64,000 bases of DNA from the NCBI GenBank assembly GCA_963708025.1, contig CAVPSB010000013.1, forward strand, positions 608,001-672,000, given 5' to 3'. Each line of letters starts with the position of its first letter. The stretch's first letter is position 1. Made by a program: the position numbers and the translations under genes. Below, piece after piece: positions 41,205-49,921 of this stretch. The stretch comes from an uncultured Candidatus Rokubacteria bacterium. GTDB taxonomy: Bacteria > Methylomirabilota > Methylomirabilia > Rokubacteriales > DASRDR01. The notes under the pieces were generated by a model. That model was not told where the DNA came from. It saw only the letters and a list, made by a program, of their open reading frames with translations, and made no database searches.

Positions 41205-41557
41205 CGAGCCTCGTCTCGGTCCACGAGGGCGAGGATCTTGCCGACTGTTTCCTGGAGCACGTCGGCCGGCAGATTGCCGATGCGCCTCGCCTTCCGCACG
41301 CGCCAGTCAAGGCTCTTGATCTGATCTGAGAGTATCGCCCCCTCGACACCAAGCCCCTGCGGGAGCAGCACCTCGAAGGGATATCCCTTCACTTGGGAGG
41401 TGACGGGACAGCAGAGGGCCAGCCCCACCCGGCGGTTGTACACGCTCGGGGAGATGACCACGGCGGGGCGATGGCCCGCCTGCTCGTGGCCCGCTTGCGG
41501 GCTGAACTGAAGCCAGATCAGGTCCCCGCGCGCCGGCACGTAGGCGGCCACTACCAA
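41201..41557 (-). CDS. mazF: MazF/PemK endoribonuclease toxin
   Basis: GDLIWLQFSPQAGHEQAGHRPAVVISP, CPVTSQVKGYPFEV, DQIKSLDW. Confidence 0.93.
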   Translation of the reverse strand: MVVAAYVPARGDLIWLQFSPQAGHEQAGHRPAVVISPSVYNRRVGLALCCPVTSQVKGYPFEVLLPQGLGVEGAILSDQIKSLDWRVRKARRIGNLPADVLQETVGKILALVDRDEAR

Positions 41558-41793
41558 GCCTCGCGGCCGACCGCTCTACCGGTCGAAACCTCACCGTGTA
41601 GGTTCCGCCGGCTCACTTTCCGGAGAAGCACGTTCAGGGAATACCTGCGAACTCGAAGGGGGCGGACCAAGAGCTGCCCGTTCTCAACCGACAGATCTAC
41701 GGTAGCCCCCTCGCCCACCTGAGCCTCGGCGGCAAACGAGCGCGGAATTCGCAATCCGAGGCTGTTACCCCACTTCTGAATCTTCGTCTGCAT
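41551..41793 (-). CDS. mazE: MazE (AbrB-type) antitoxin
   Basis: IQKWGNSLGLRIP...HGEVSTGRAVGREAW; overlaps mazF. Confidence 0.92.
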   Translation of the reverse strand: MQTKIQKWGNSLGLRIPRSFAAEAQVGEGATVDLSVENGQLLVRPLRVRRYSLNVLLRKVSRRNLHGEVSTGRAVGREAW

Positions 41794-41807
41794 GAGACCT
41801 CCTGCCG

Positions 41808-41845
41808 GATATACAATGAATACACAGGGCGAGGCCGGCGGTCAA
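41808..41845 (-). promoter_or_regulatory. mazEF promoter TTGACC-17-TATTCA with AT-rich operator-like tract
   Basis: -35 at 41840-41845, -10 at 41817-41822; imperfect palindrome GTGTATTCATTGTATATC overlaps the -10. Confidence 0.6.
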
Positions 41846-41934
41846 GTCCTCGGTCCTGCGGGGCCGGACCACCCGGGCGAGCCCCGGGAGATCCTGCTCC
41901 AGCACCTGGCGGTCGCTAGCAGGTTCCCCCGGCT

Positions 41935-42978
41935 TCAGAGCCCGGCGACGTCCACCGCCCGGCCCTCGGCGGCGCTCCGGGCTACGGCCTCGGTGAACTC
42001 CATGTAGCGCACGCCGTCCTCGAACGTCGTGCGCGCGACCTTCTCCCGGCCGCGGATGGCGTTGACGAACTCCTCCTCCACCCGCCACCCGATCCGGCGC
42101 TCGGCGGGGATCGCGATCTCGCGCAGCTCGCGCTCGCCCCGCCGCCCGCCCGACAGGCGGCCCCGGTCGGCCTCGAGCCGCAGCGTGCCCTCGCTCCCGA
42201 AGATCCACACCTCGCTCGGCGGGGCCAGCGCCGTGACCGCGCTGAACCGGAGATGGGCGACGGCGCCGCTCTCGAGCGTGGCGAGGACGTCAACGTGGTC
42301 CGGCACGCTGACGTCGTGCCAGGCGCCGGCGGCGTCCCGGCGGCGCGGCACGCTGACCTTCGTCATCGCCATCACCCGGCGGGCCGGGCCCAGCCAGCGC
42401 ATCATCGCCTCGTACCAGATCCCCATGTTGAGGACGTTGAGCCCGCTGAGCGCGATGTCCTGCCGCCAGTGGAGCGCGGCCTCCCGGTCCACGAAGCTCC
42501 CCTGGGCCGCGTTGAGCTCGACCGCCAGCACCTCCCCCGGGTAGCCCTCGGCGACGAGCGCCTGGAGCGTCCCGTCAACCTCGAGCGTGTGGGGCGCGGG
42601 CACGAGCTGGGCGACGAGGTGCGGCGCCCGCCGGGCGGCGTCCAGCATCTGCCGCGCCTCGGCAGCGTTCATCGCCATGCGCGCCTCGCAGAGGACGTGC
42701 TTGCCGTGCTGGAGCGCGGCCTCGGTGACCTCGCGGTGCAGGTACGGCCAGGTGCCGATGCACACGGCGTCAACGTCGGGGGCGGCCACGACCTCCCGCC
42801 AGTCGTCGTGGACGCGCGGGATCCCGAACTCGCGCGCGACGCGCTCACCCGACTCCCGCGTCCGGTTGGCGACCGCCGCCAGCTCCACGCCGGGCTGGGC
42901 CCGGAGCTTCGGGATGTGGTGAAGGCGGGTGTTCTTGCCGGCGCCCACGAAGCCCACGCGGATCGTCCGGATCTCCAT
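41935..42978 (-). CDS. Gfo/Idh/MocA family oxidoreductase
   Basis: VGFVGAG, VDAVCIGTWPYLH, GKHVLCEARMA; TGCTATGAT 8 nt upstream of the ATG. Confidence 0.9.
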   Translation of the reverse strand: MEIRTIRVGFVGAGKNTRLHHIPKLRAQPGVELAAVANRTRESGERVAREFGIPRVHDDWREVVAAPDVDAVCIGTWPYLHREVTEAALQHGKHVLCEARMAMNAAEARQMLDAARRAPHLVAQLVPAPHTLEVDGTLQALVAEGYPGEVLAVELNAAQGSFVDREAALHWRQDIALSGLNVLNMGIWYEAMMRWLGPARRVMAMTKVSVPRRRDAAGAWHDVSVPDHVDVLATLESGAVAHLRFSAVTALAPPSEVWIFGSEGTLRLEADRGRLSGGRRGERELREIAIPAERRIGWRVEEEFVNAIRGREKVARTTFEDGVRYMEFTEAVARSAAEGRAVDVAGL

Positions 42979-43037
42979 GGATCGAGATCATAGCACCGCG
43001 AGCCGGGGGTCACCGGCGCGCCACCCGGGCGCCGGCC

Positions 43038-44333
43038 TCAGGCGCGGCGAAGCCGCGCGAGAGCGCTCCGCACGAGGGCCTTCAGCGGATGGGCCCGCTC
43101 CCGAGGGACGGGCGGTCGACGCGCCAGGGCCTCCTCCAGGCCGGCGATGACCTCCAGGCGCTCGTCGGCGTGACGGGCCAGGTCGGCCCACAGCACGAGC
43201 TCCGCCTGGACGTCACCCAGCGGCACCGCCGGGGATGACCACGCGCTCGACCCGTCGAGGCTCAGACCGCTGGCCCGTAGCTGCTCGCCCCACCCGCTGC
43301 GCATCCGCGCGAGCGAGAAGGCTGCCGCCCGGGCCCGGCCGGCCCGAGCCAGCTCCGCCCGCCTCGACGGCAACTCGTCGAGGATCGTCCGGGCCCATGT
43401 CGGCGCCGAATCGGCTGCCGGCAGGAGGGCAGCGTCGGCGACCAGCTCGCGAAGGACCTCGAGGTCCGAGCAGACGACCGGGCAGCCGGCCGCCATCGCC
43501 TCCAGGACCGGCAGCCCGAAGCCCTCGAACGAAGAGGGGAACACGAGCGCCTCGGCGCGCTCGTACAGGGCGCGGAGCGCGTCGTCGGCGACATAGCCCA
43601 GGTGCACGACCCGGCCCCGATGGCGCTCGGCACACCCCTCGGTGGCCGGTGACCCCCAGTGCCAGCCGGTCAACACCAGGGTCAGGTCCGGGCTCGAGCG
43701 CCAGACTTCCTCCATGACCGCGAGCAGGAAGGCGTGCCGCTTGTGCGCCCAGTCCCGGGCCGGGTAGAGGAGGAAGCGGCCTTCGACAGGAGGCGCCGCC
43801 GCCGACGCCGGGAGTGGGTCGACCCCGGGCGCGACCACGGCGACCGCTTCGGGATCGAGCGGGAGATGGTGAAGGAGGCGCCGCTTCGAGTACTCCGAGA
43901 TCGTGACCACGCGGGTGACACCCGTGAGCGACTGGTAGAGGGTGCGGCGGCGCCGCGTCTCCGCCGCCGGCAAGGCATCCGGCCAGTCGAGCGCGTAGGC
44001 GTCGGGCATCGAGACGACGTGCGGCGTCGATCGAAAGGCGTCCACCCGGTCAAGGGGGCCCGGGCCGAAGAGGGGGCTGACGATGACGTCGGGCCGGAGC
44101 GCCTGCAGCACCGGCCCCGGGTCGCCGAGGCAGGGCAGCACCGTCGCCGTCTCGTCCCCCGCCCAGGCGCCGAAGCTCGACGCGAACCGCCGCCCGACGG
44201 CGACGACCACGGTCAGCTCACCGCGCCGGGCGTGGTCGAGCAGGAGCCGGGTCACCTCGAGCGCGATCCGGCTGGCCCCGCCATTGCGGGGCGGGTCGAG
44301 CTCGATCAGGTTGACGAGGCAAGTCTGAGGCAC
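43038..44333 (-). CDS. Glycosyltransferase family 4 (GT-B)
   Basis: FPSSFEGFGLPVLEAMAAGCPVV, HK motif. Confidence 0.88.
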   Translation of the reverse strand: MPQTCLVNLIELDPPRNGGASRIALEVTRLLLDHARRGELTVVVAVGRRFASSFGAWAGDETATVLPCLGDPGPVLQALRPDVIVSPLFGPGPLDRVDAFRSTPHVVSMPDAYALDWPDALPAAETRRRRTLYQSLTGVTRVVTISEYSKRRLLHHLPLDPEAVAVVAPGVDPLPASAAAPPVEGRFLLYPARDWAHKRHAFLLAVMEEVWRSSPDLTLVLTGWHWGSPATEGCAERHRGRVVHLGYVADDALRALYERAEALVFPSSFEGFGLPVLEAMAAGCPVVCSDLEVLRELVADAALLPAADSAPTWARTILDELPSRRAELARAGRARAAAFSLARMRSGWGEQLRASGLSLDGSSAWSSPAVPLGDVQAELVLWADLARHADERLEVIAGLEEALARRPPVPRERAHPLKALVRSALARLRRA

Positions 44334-44400
44334 GGGCGGGCGACCCGGGTCAACCGCAGCTCATGACCGCGGGGGCGGCGGCCAGGCCGCCCGGATCATT

Positions 44401-45717
44401 TCACCGGCGCGATCGGCCGCCACCGCCGGCCGTCACGGCAATCGCCCGGCCGATGGTGTCGGGCCGCCGGCGGCCGCGCCGCGTCCAGCGGACGATGCCG
44501 GTGATCCCGTCGACCGCGACCTCGGCGCCGTCGGGGATGCGCCGGGTCGCCCCGGGCACGCCCAGCACGGCCGGGATGCCGCGCTCCCGGGCCAGCGCCG
44601 CGAGGTGCGACGTGCTGCCGCCGCGCTCCGCCACCACCCCGACCACGCGCGGCAGCACCGCCGCCAGGGCCGGTCCCGCAACGCCGGTGACCAGGACGTC
44701 GCCGAGCCCGACCCGATCCAGGTCCCGCTCGCTCCGCACCACGCAGGCCCGACCCGCCGCCCGGCCGAGCCCCGACGGGTGCCCGGTCAACCCCGGGTGC
44801 CGGCGCCAGAGGGCGCCGTCGGGGAGCGGGAGCGGCTCGACCCGCAGCGGCCGCGCCTGCAGCAGGCAGAGGCCCTCGTCGCCGAGTGCCCACTCGACCT
44901 CGACCGGGAGACCGAGGAGCGATTCCGCCGCGCGCACCAGGCGCCCCAGCTCCTCCGCCTGGGCCGGCTCGAGGCACGGCGCCTCGACCAGGGCGGTCGC
45001 GACCGATCGGACCCGCGGTCCGGCATCGCCCGCGCACGCCAGGAGCTGATCCTTGACGCCCGGCTCGACCCTCACCAGCGACCCGTCCCCGGCGAGGTGG
45101 AAGCGATCGGGCACGACCTCCCCGTGGGCGACGGTCGCGCCGAGCCCCCACGCCCCGGTGAGCAGCATGCCGCCCTCCGGCGTCCGGCTCAACGCACCCC
45201 CCGCGGCACGGGCCGGGACCAGGCGCTGGACCAGGACGGCCATCGCCGTGCCGGCCGGGTCGAGGCCCCGCTCGCCGAGGTAGCGGAGCACCCGGGTGGA
45301 CCAGAGCGACGCCCAGCACGCGCGGACCGCCGTCTCGAGGTCCTGCTGGCCAGCGATGCCGAGGAACGTCTCGAACTGCCCGGCGGCCGAGGCCCGGGGT
45401 GAGTCTTCCAGCAGCGCCGACGAGCGCACCGCCACCGGCCCGGGGGGCGGGGGCAGCTCGAGCGGAGCTCGCATGAGCCCCAGGCGCACCGCAAGCGCGA
45501 GCCGCCGCGCCGCCGGCTCGTCCGCGGTCGCGACGCGCGCGGCCGCGTCGGCCACCCCGGCCGCGGCGAGCGCGGCGCGGTAGACCTCCGCCGGCAGGAC
45601 CACGCCGTCCGGCACCGGCAGGCCGGCCCGGCGGAGCTGGCCCAGCGCGGCCGCCTTCGGGCCGACCCGCTCAGCCTCGGCGTCGGCGGCGTCGAGCGGC
45701 AGGCCCCATCCGGTCAC
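44401..45717 (-). CDS. PEP-utilising enzyme: PPDK/PEPS ATP-grasp domain plus His-swivel domain only
   Basis: VGPKAAALG, VAVRSSALLED...SAAGQFETFL, VEVEWA, LLQARP, GGSTSHLAALARERGIPAVLGV. Confidence 0.85.
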   Translation of the reverse strand: MTGWGLPLDAADAEAERVGPKAAALGQLRRAGLPVPDGVVLPAEVYRAALAAAGVADAAARVATADEPAARRLALAVRLGLMRAPLELPPPPGPVAVRSSALLEDSPRASAAGQFETFLGIAGQQDLETAVRACWASLWSTRVLRYLGERGLDPAGTAMAVLVQRLVPARAAGGALSRTPEGGMLLTGAWGLGATVAHGEVVPDRFHLAGDGSLVRVEPGVKDQLLACAGDAGPRVRSVATALVEAPCLEPAQAEELGRLVRAAESLLGLPVEVEWALGDEGLCLLQARPLRVEPLPLPDGALWRRHPGLTGHPSGLGRAAGRACVVRSERDLDRVGLGDVLVTGVAGPALAAVLPRVVGVVAERGGSTSHLAALARERGIPAVLGVPGATRRIPDGAEVAVDGITGIVRWTRRGRRRPDTIGRAIAVTAGGGGRSRR

Positions 45718-45740
45718 CGGATGCTCCTCGTCGCCCCGCG

Positions 45741-46844
45741 TCAGCGGGCGTCGGCGGGGAGCGGCGCCAGGTCGTTGAAGTACTGCGGATAGGCGCGCTG
45801 GACCTCCTCCAGGAACGACGGGTTGAACTGCTCCGGGATGGGCAGGCGCGCCGGCGCACTGGTGAGGGTGAGCCGCAGGATATCGTCCTGCGCCTCCTCG
45901 AACGCCCGCATGCTGTACCGGGAGATCCGCGGGTCGTAGCGGATGTGCGCGATGGCCTTCTTGGCGACGGTCAGGTCCACGTTGGGCACCCACCGGGAGA
46001 AGATCTCCACCGCCTCTTCCCGGTGCTGCCGGGTGTACTGGGACGCCGCGGCCAGCCCGGCGATGAAGCTCTTGACCACCTGCGGGCTCTCCTGGAGCGT
46101 CGGCTCGTGCGCGGTGGCCACCATAATGTAGGCGAGGTGTCCGCCGCCCCGCAGGACCACGTAGGACTCCGGGACGCGCTCCAGCACCATCGTGTTGAAC
46201 GGCTCCCACGAGACGATGGCGTCCACCTCGCCGTCGGCCAGCGCCGGGACCAGGGCGGGCGGGGCCATGATGTTCTCGATCGTCACCTCGTCGTAGCGGA
46301 TGCCCCGCCGGCTCAGGGCCATCTTGAAGAACTCGTCCGAGGTCTGCTCGCGGGCGAGCCCCACCCGCTTGCCCCGGAGATCCTCGAGCATGCCCGGCCT
46401 AATGCCGGACGCCTTGCGGGCGACGATGGCCAGGGGCTCATCGAAGCTCCGCGTGGTCGCGTCGTTCATGATGATGGCGATCACCTTCAGGGGATCGCCC
46501 CGGTGACGCGCCTTGATGAACGTCGTCACGCTCATGTCCCCGATCTGGACCTCGCGCTTCTGCATCGCGGCGACCATGTCGGACCCGGTGCTGACGACCT
46601 TGAGTCGCACGTCCACGCCGTGCGTCTTGAAGAACCCCTTGTCCACGCCCACGAACATCGGCAGGTGCCCGAAGTTGTTACCGATGACGACGTCCAGCGT
46701 TGGCAGCGTTGGCAGCGTTGGCAGCGTCGGCATCCCTTGCGCCGCGCCCGGGCCCGCCGGCAGCAGGACCAGCCCGAGCGCCAGCCCGATCACGACCAGG
46801 CTCACGCCGCTCGCGCGACCCGATCCCGGCCACTGGGTTCGCAT
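45741..46844 (-). CDS. NitT/TauT ABC substrate-binding protein
   Basis: Signal peptide; DLRGKRVG, SWEPF; paralog of 22420-23433. Confidence 0.88.
   Translation of the reverse strand: MRTQWPGSGRASGVSLVVIGLALGLVLLPAGPGAAQGMPTLPTLPTLPTLDVVIGNNFGHLPMFVGVDKGFFKTHGVDVRLKVVSTGSDMVAAMQKREVQIGDMSVTTFIKARHRGDPLKVIAIIMNDATTRSFDEPLAIVARKASGIRPGMLEDLRGKRVGLAREQTSDEFFKMALSRRGIRYDEVTIENIMAPPALVPALADGEVDAIVSWEPFNTMVLERVPESYVVLRGGGHLAYIMVATAHEPTLQESPQVVKSFIAGLAAASQYTRQHREEAVEIFSRWVPNVDLTVAKKAIAHIRYDPRISRYSMRAFEEAQDDILRLTLTSAPARLPIPEQFNPSFLEEVQRAYPQYFNDLAPLPADAR
46695..46730. repeat. In-frame 9-bp tandem repeat (four copies) encoding (PTL)4
   Basis: CAGCGTTGG x3 plus CAGCGTCGG. Confidence 0.9.
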
Positions 46845-46883
46845 CGTCCTTTCCTCCTCGTCAGTCCCAATCGGCGACCACGG

Positions 46884-48119
46884 CTACCCCACGTAGGTGA
46901 TCTGCTCGACCGGGAAGTTGGAGATGATCTCGATCCCCTTGTCGTTGACGATGAGCATCTCCTCGATCCGCACGCCGAACTCGAACTTCTTGCCGTGCTG
47001 GGTCTCGAGCGCGAAGACCATGCCCGGCTGGATCTTCAGCGGGTGGTCGAGCGACCAGATGCGCGAGATCACCGGCTGGTCGTACTGGGCGAGACCCAGG
47101 CCGTGGCCCCAGAGGTTCGCGGCCGCCTGGTCCTCCTCCTTGTAGCCCCAGGCCTCCTTGGCCGACGGCCACTTGAGCGCGATGTCCCGGGTGGTGGCGC
47201 CCGGCTTCACCGCCTTGATCGAGTCGTAGAGCCACTTGAGCGCCATCGCGTAGTAGTCCTTCATCGCCTGGGTCGGCGGCTTGCCCACGCAGTAGGTGCG
47301 GTAGTAGCACGACTTGTAGCCGTTCCAGGTGAGCGCGGCCAGGTCCATGAAGACGATCTCGCCCGGCTGGATGATGCGATCCGAGAAGTTGCGCCAGTTG
47401 GGCCAGGTGTTGGGGCCGGAGGAGACGATGACGTCTTCCACGTCCTCCATGCCCGGGACCGAGTAGAGGTACTCCATGATGTGGGCCGTCACCTGGTTCT
47501 CGGTCACGCCCGGCCTGAGGAAGCGCATGGTCTCCCAGTGGGCGGCGTCCCCGATGGCGCCCACGATGCGGAGGCACTCCTGCTCGTCCTCGTTCTTGAT
47601 GGCGCGGGCCTCCATCATCGGCGTCATGCCGTCGGCCCACTTGATCTTGGTGTCGCCGAACGCCTGCAGCATGTTGATGTCGATGAAGTCCACGCCCAGG
47701 GTCTTGCCGGCCACGTCGAACCGCTTCATCTCCTTGATGACGGCGGCCGTGAACTTCTTGACCTGCTGCTTGGAGGCGGGGCCGGCCGCGCCCTTGATCC
47801 AGGCGTAGGACCAGCGGATGTTCTCCTCGGGGATCCAGGGGGCGTGGCGCTGGATCTGGAAGCCGATGTCCCCCTGCTCGAAGAGGACCGGCTGCCCCTC
47901 GCCGCACAGGAGCGCGTAGCGCAGGCCCGGCTTCAGGCGGTTCCAGCCGGGGGTCAGCGTGCTGGTGACGTAGCGGACGTTCTCGTCGTACATGAGCAGC
48001 AGCGCGCCGAGCCCGTGCGCCTTCATCCGCTCCCGGGCGCGCTCGAGCCGGTACTTGCGCAGCCGGTCCCAGTTGACGCGCTGCTGCCAGTCGACCCCGA
48101 CCGTTCCGAAGTTGGCCAT
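46884..48119 (-). CDS. M24 (Xaa-Pro peptidase/creatinase-like) family protein
   Basis: ARAIKNEDE, GHGLGL, GMVFALET, GVRIEEM. Confidence 0.9.
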   Translation of the reverse strand: MANFGTVGVDWQQRVNWDRLRKYRLERARERMKAHGLGALLLMYDENVRYVTSTLTPGWNRLKPGLRYALLCGEGQPVLFEQGDIGFQIQRHAPWIPEENIRWSYAWIKGAAGPASKQQVKKFTAAVIKEMKRFDVAGKTLGVDFIDINMLQAFGDTKIKWADGMTPMMEARAIKNEDEQECLRIVGAIGDAAHWETMRFLRPGVTENQVTAHIMEYLYSVPGMEDVEDVIVSSGPNTWPNWRNFSDRIIQPGEIVFMDLAALTWNGYKSCYYRTYCVGKPPTQAMKDYYAMALKWLYDSIKAVKPGATTRDIALKWPSAKEAWGYKEEDQAAANLWGHGLGLAQYDQPVISRIWSLDHPLKIQPGMVFALETQHGKKFEFGVRIEEMLIVNDKGIEIISNFPVEQITYVG

Positions 48120-48222
48120 TCCGTTCCTCCTGTGTGGCGCCTTGGTCCGCTACGTCGTCACGAAGTCTTCAGCCTCACGCACAGCTCGGGTATCCTCACT
48201 CATGGTAAGGAGGTGGGCCTCC

Positions 48223-48468
48223 ATGCCGAGCACGACCGTGACCAGCAAGGGTCGGGTCACCATCCCGAAGCGAATCCGGCAGTTCCTCCGGATCAAGCCC
48301 GGAGACCGGATCGATTTCGGCATCGACGCCAACGGCACGGTCGTCGTCCGGTCCGCCGGCACGGACGTCCAGACGCTGAAGGGCCTCCTGAGCCGTCCGG
48401 GGCGGCGCCCCGTCAGCCTCGAGACCATGGAGGCCGCCATCGCCCGGCACTTCCGCCGGCGCCGATGA
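48223..48468 (+). CDS. AbrB/MazE/SpoVT family antitoxin
   Basis: MPSTTVTSKGRVTIPKRIRQFLRIKPGDRIDF; AAGGAGG RBS. Confidence 0.85.
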   Translation: MPSTTVTSKGRVTIPKRIRQFLRIKPGDRIDFGIDANGTVVVRSAGTDVQTLKGLLSRPGRRPVSLETMEAAIARHFRRRR

Positions 48469-48530
48469 CAGGCCTCGAAACCGACGTCCTCGTCCGCTAC
48501 CCCACCCAGGATGACCGAGCCGTCTCACGG
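48465..48530 (+). pseudogene. Truncated, degenerate VapC (PIN) toxin N-terminus
   Basis: ATGA overlap with the antitoxin; MTGLETDVLVRYPTQDD resembles the MIGLDTNVLVRYLTQDD PIN start, then similarity stops. Confidence 0.7.
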
Positions 48531-48737
48531 ATCCGTGAGCTCGAAGCCGTCGCGGTCGCTCAGCTCGTGCTGGGCGCCCAGGATCTCCTCCCGCAGGTTG
48601 CGCTCGACCCGGTCGAGCCGCTCCGCGAGGGCCGTCACGCCCTCGGTGGCGAGCTGGACCTGCGCGGTCATCCGCTCGGCGACGACATCGAAGTGCCGGC
48701 GGTTCTCCTCCAGGTAGGCTCTCAGCTCGGGATCCAT
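48525..48737 (-). CDS. Small coiled-coil hypothetical protein, possibly truncated
   Basis: MDPELRAYLEENRRHFDVVAE...QLATEGV; GGAG RBS. Confidence 0.55.
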   Translation of the reverse strand: MDPELRAYLEENRRHFDVVAERMTAQVQLATEGVTALAERLDRVERNLREEILGAQHELSDRDGFELTDP

Positions 48738-48777
48738 CGGCTCTCCGCGCGGCTCCCCCGGACAGGCGCACGCCGTC

Positions 48778-49827
48778 TCACTGGTCGACGAACTCGAAGG
48801 CGTCGTGGGAATCCGAGTGGAGGTGCATGCCGGGGATCCCGGCCGACTGCACGTCGCCGCTCACCAGGTGGAGCCGGTTGCCGATGACGGCGCCGGCCAG
48901 TCCGTGGCGCGGGACCGGCATCCGAAGCAGGGCGGCCCAGGCGTTGGTGGCGGGATCGTAGCCCTCCACGGCCCGGAAGGCGGCCATGAACCGGTCGTCC
49001 TGGCCCTCGCCCCCCGCCACGTAGATCCGCCCGCGGTACACGCCCCAGGCCACCGCGCTCCGCGGCGTGGGCATCCGGGCCTTGATCGCGCCCCACTGGT
49101 CGGTGGCGGGGTCGTACTCCTCGACGACGTCGGTGTTGCTCGCGACGCTGATGAAGGCGGCGCCGAGCCGCCCGCCGAGGACGTAGATCTTCCCGCCGAC
49201 GACGCCGACCGCCGCGTGGTTCCGCGCGGTGGGCATCGGCGAGCGCGCCCGCCAGCTGTCGGTGGCGGGATCGTACTCCTCCACGGTGCCCAGGGCGCGA
49301 TGAGGCCGCGCCGGATGGACGGCGGGCTCCGCCGAGCCCGGGTGGGTGGAGGCGCCGCCGATGACGTAGATCTTGCCCCCGACCGCCGCCGCCACCGGCG
49401 AGCCCCGCCGGGTGGGCATGGGCGCCAGCAGCCTCCAGCTGTCCGCCGCCGGGTCGTACTCCCAGGCGTTGCCGATGGGGACCCAGGCCGGCGCGCCCGC
49501 CGCGGGCGGGACGAAGCCGCCGAACGCGTAGATCTTCCCGCCCAGCTCGGTGACGGCGACGTGGTGCGTCGCCAGGGGCATCGGGTTCTTGCGCGTCCAC
49601 GCGTTGGTGCCGGGGCTGTACTCGAAGACGAGGCCGCGCGGGATCCAGCCCGGGGCGAGGCCGCCGAACACGTAGAGCCTGCCCCCCGCGGCCACGCCGT
49701 ACAGCTCCTCGGCGGGCTCCGGGAAGGGCGCCAGCTTGACCCACTTGCCCGGCGCTTGAGCGCCCGCGGGCAGGAGCCCGAGGCCCAGCGTGGTCGCCAC
49801 CGCCAGCACGAGCGCGAGCCGTCTCAT
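48778..49827 (-). CDS. Secreted Kelch-repeat beta-propeller protein
   Basis: Signal peptide; repeated GKIYVIGG...EEYDPATDSW...PMPT units. Confidence 0.9.
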   Translation of the reverse strand: MRRLALVLAVATTLGLGLLPAGAQAPGKWVKLAPFPEPAEELYGVAAGGRLYVFGGLAPGWIPRGLVFEYSPGTNAWTRKNPMPLATHHVAVTELGGKIYAFGGFVPPAAGAPAWVPIGNAWEYDPAADSWRLLAPMPTRRGSPVAAAVGGKIYVIGGASTHPGSAEPAVHPARPHRALGTVEEYDPATDSWRARSPMPTARNHAAVGVVGGKIYVLGGRLGAAFISVASNTDVVEEYDPATDQWGAIKARMPTPRSAVAWGVYRGRIYVAGGEGQDDRFMAAFRAVEGYDPATNAWAALLRMPVPRHGLAGAVIGNRLHLVSGDVQSAGIPGMHLHSDSHDAFEFVDQ

Positions 49828-49921
49828 CGCCACTCCTCCCTTCCCCGCGTCCGGGAATCTACCACACAACCCCTTGGTCGGGCCGGGCCCTCGCGCATCC
49901 TCGGCGATCGCTCCACGCGCG

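Noticed and set aside
45945-48887. 980-aa plus-strand ORF, and many other long tracked ORFs
   Set aside because: Antisense or off-frame shadows of real genes, expected at this GC content; low-complexity R/G/P/A composition and no motifs
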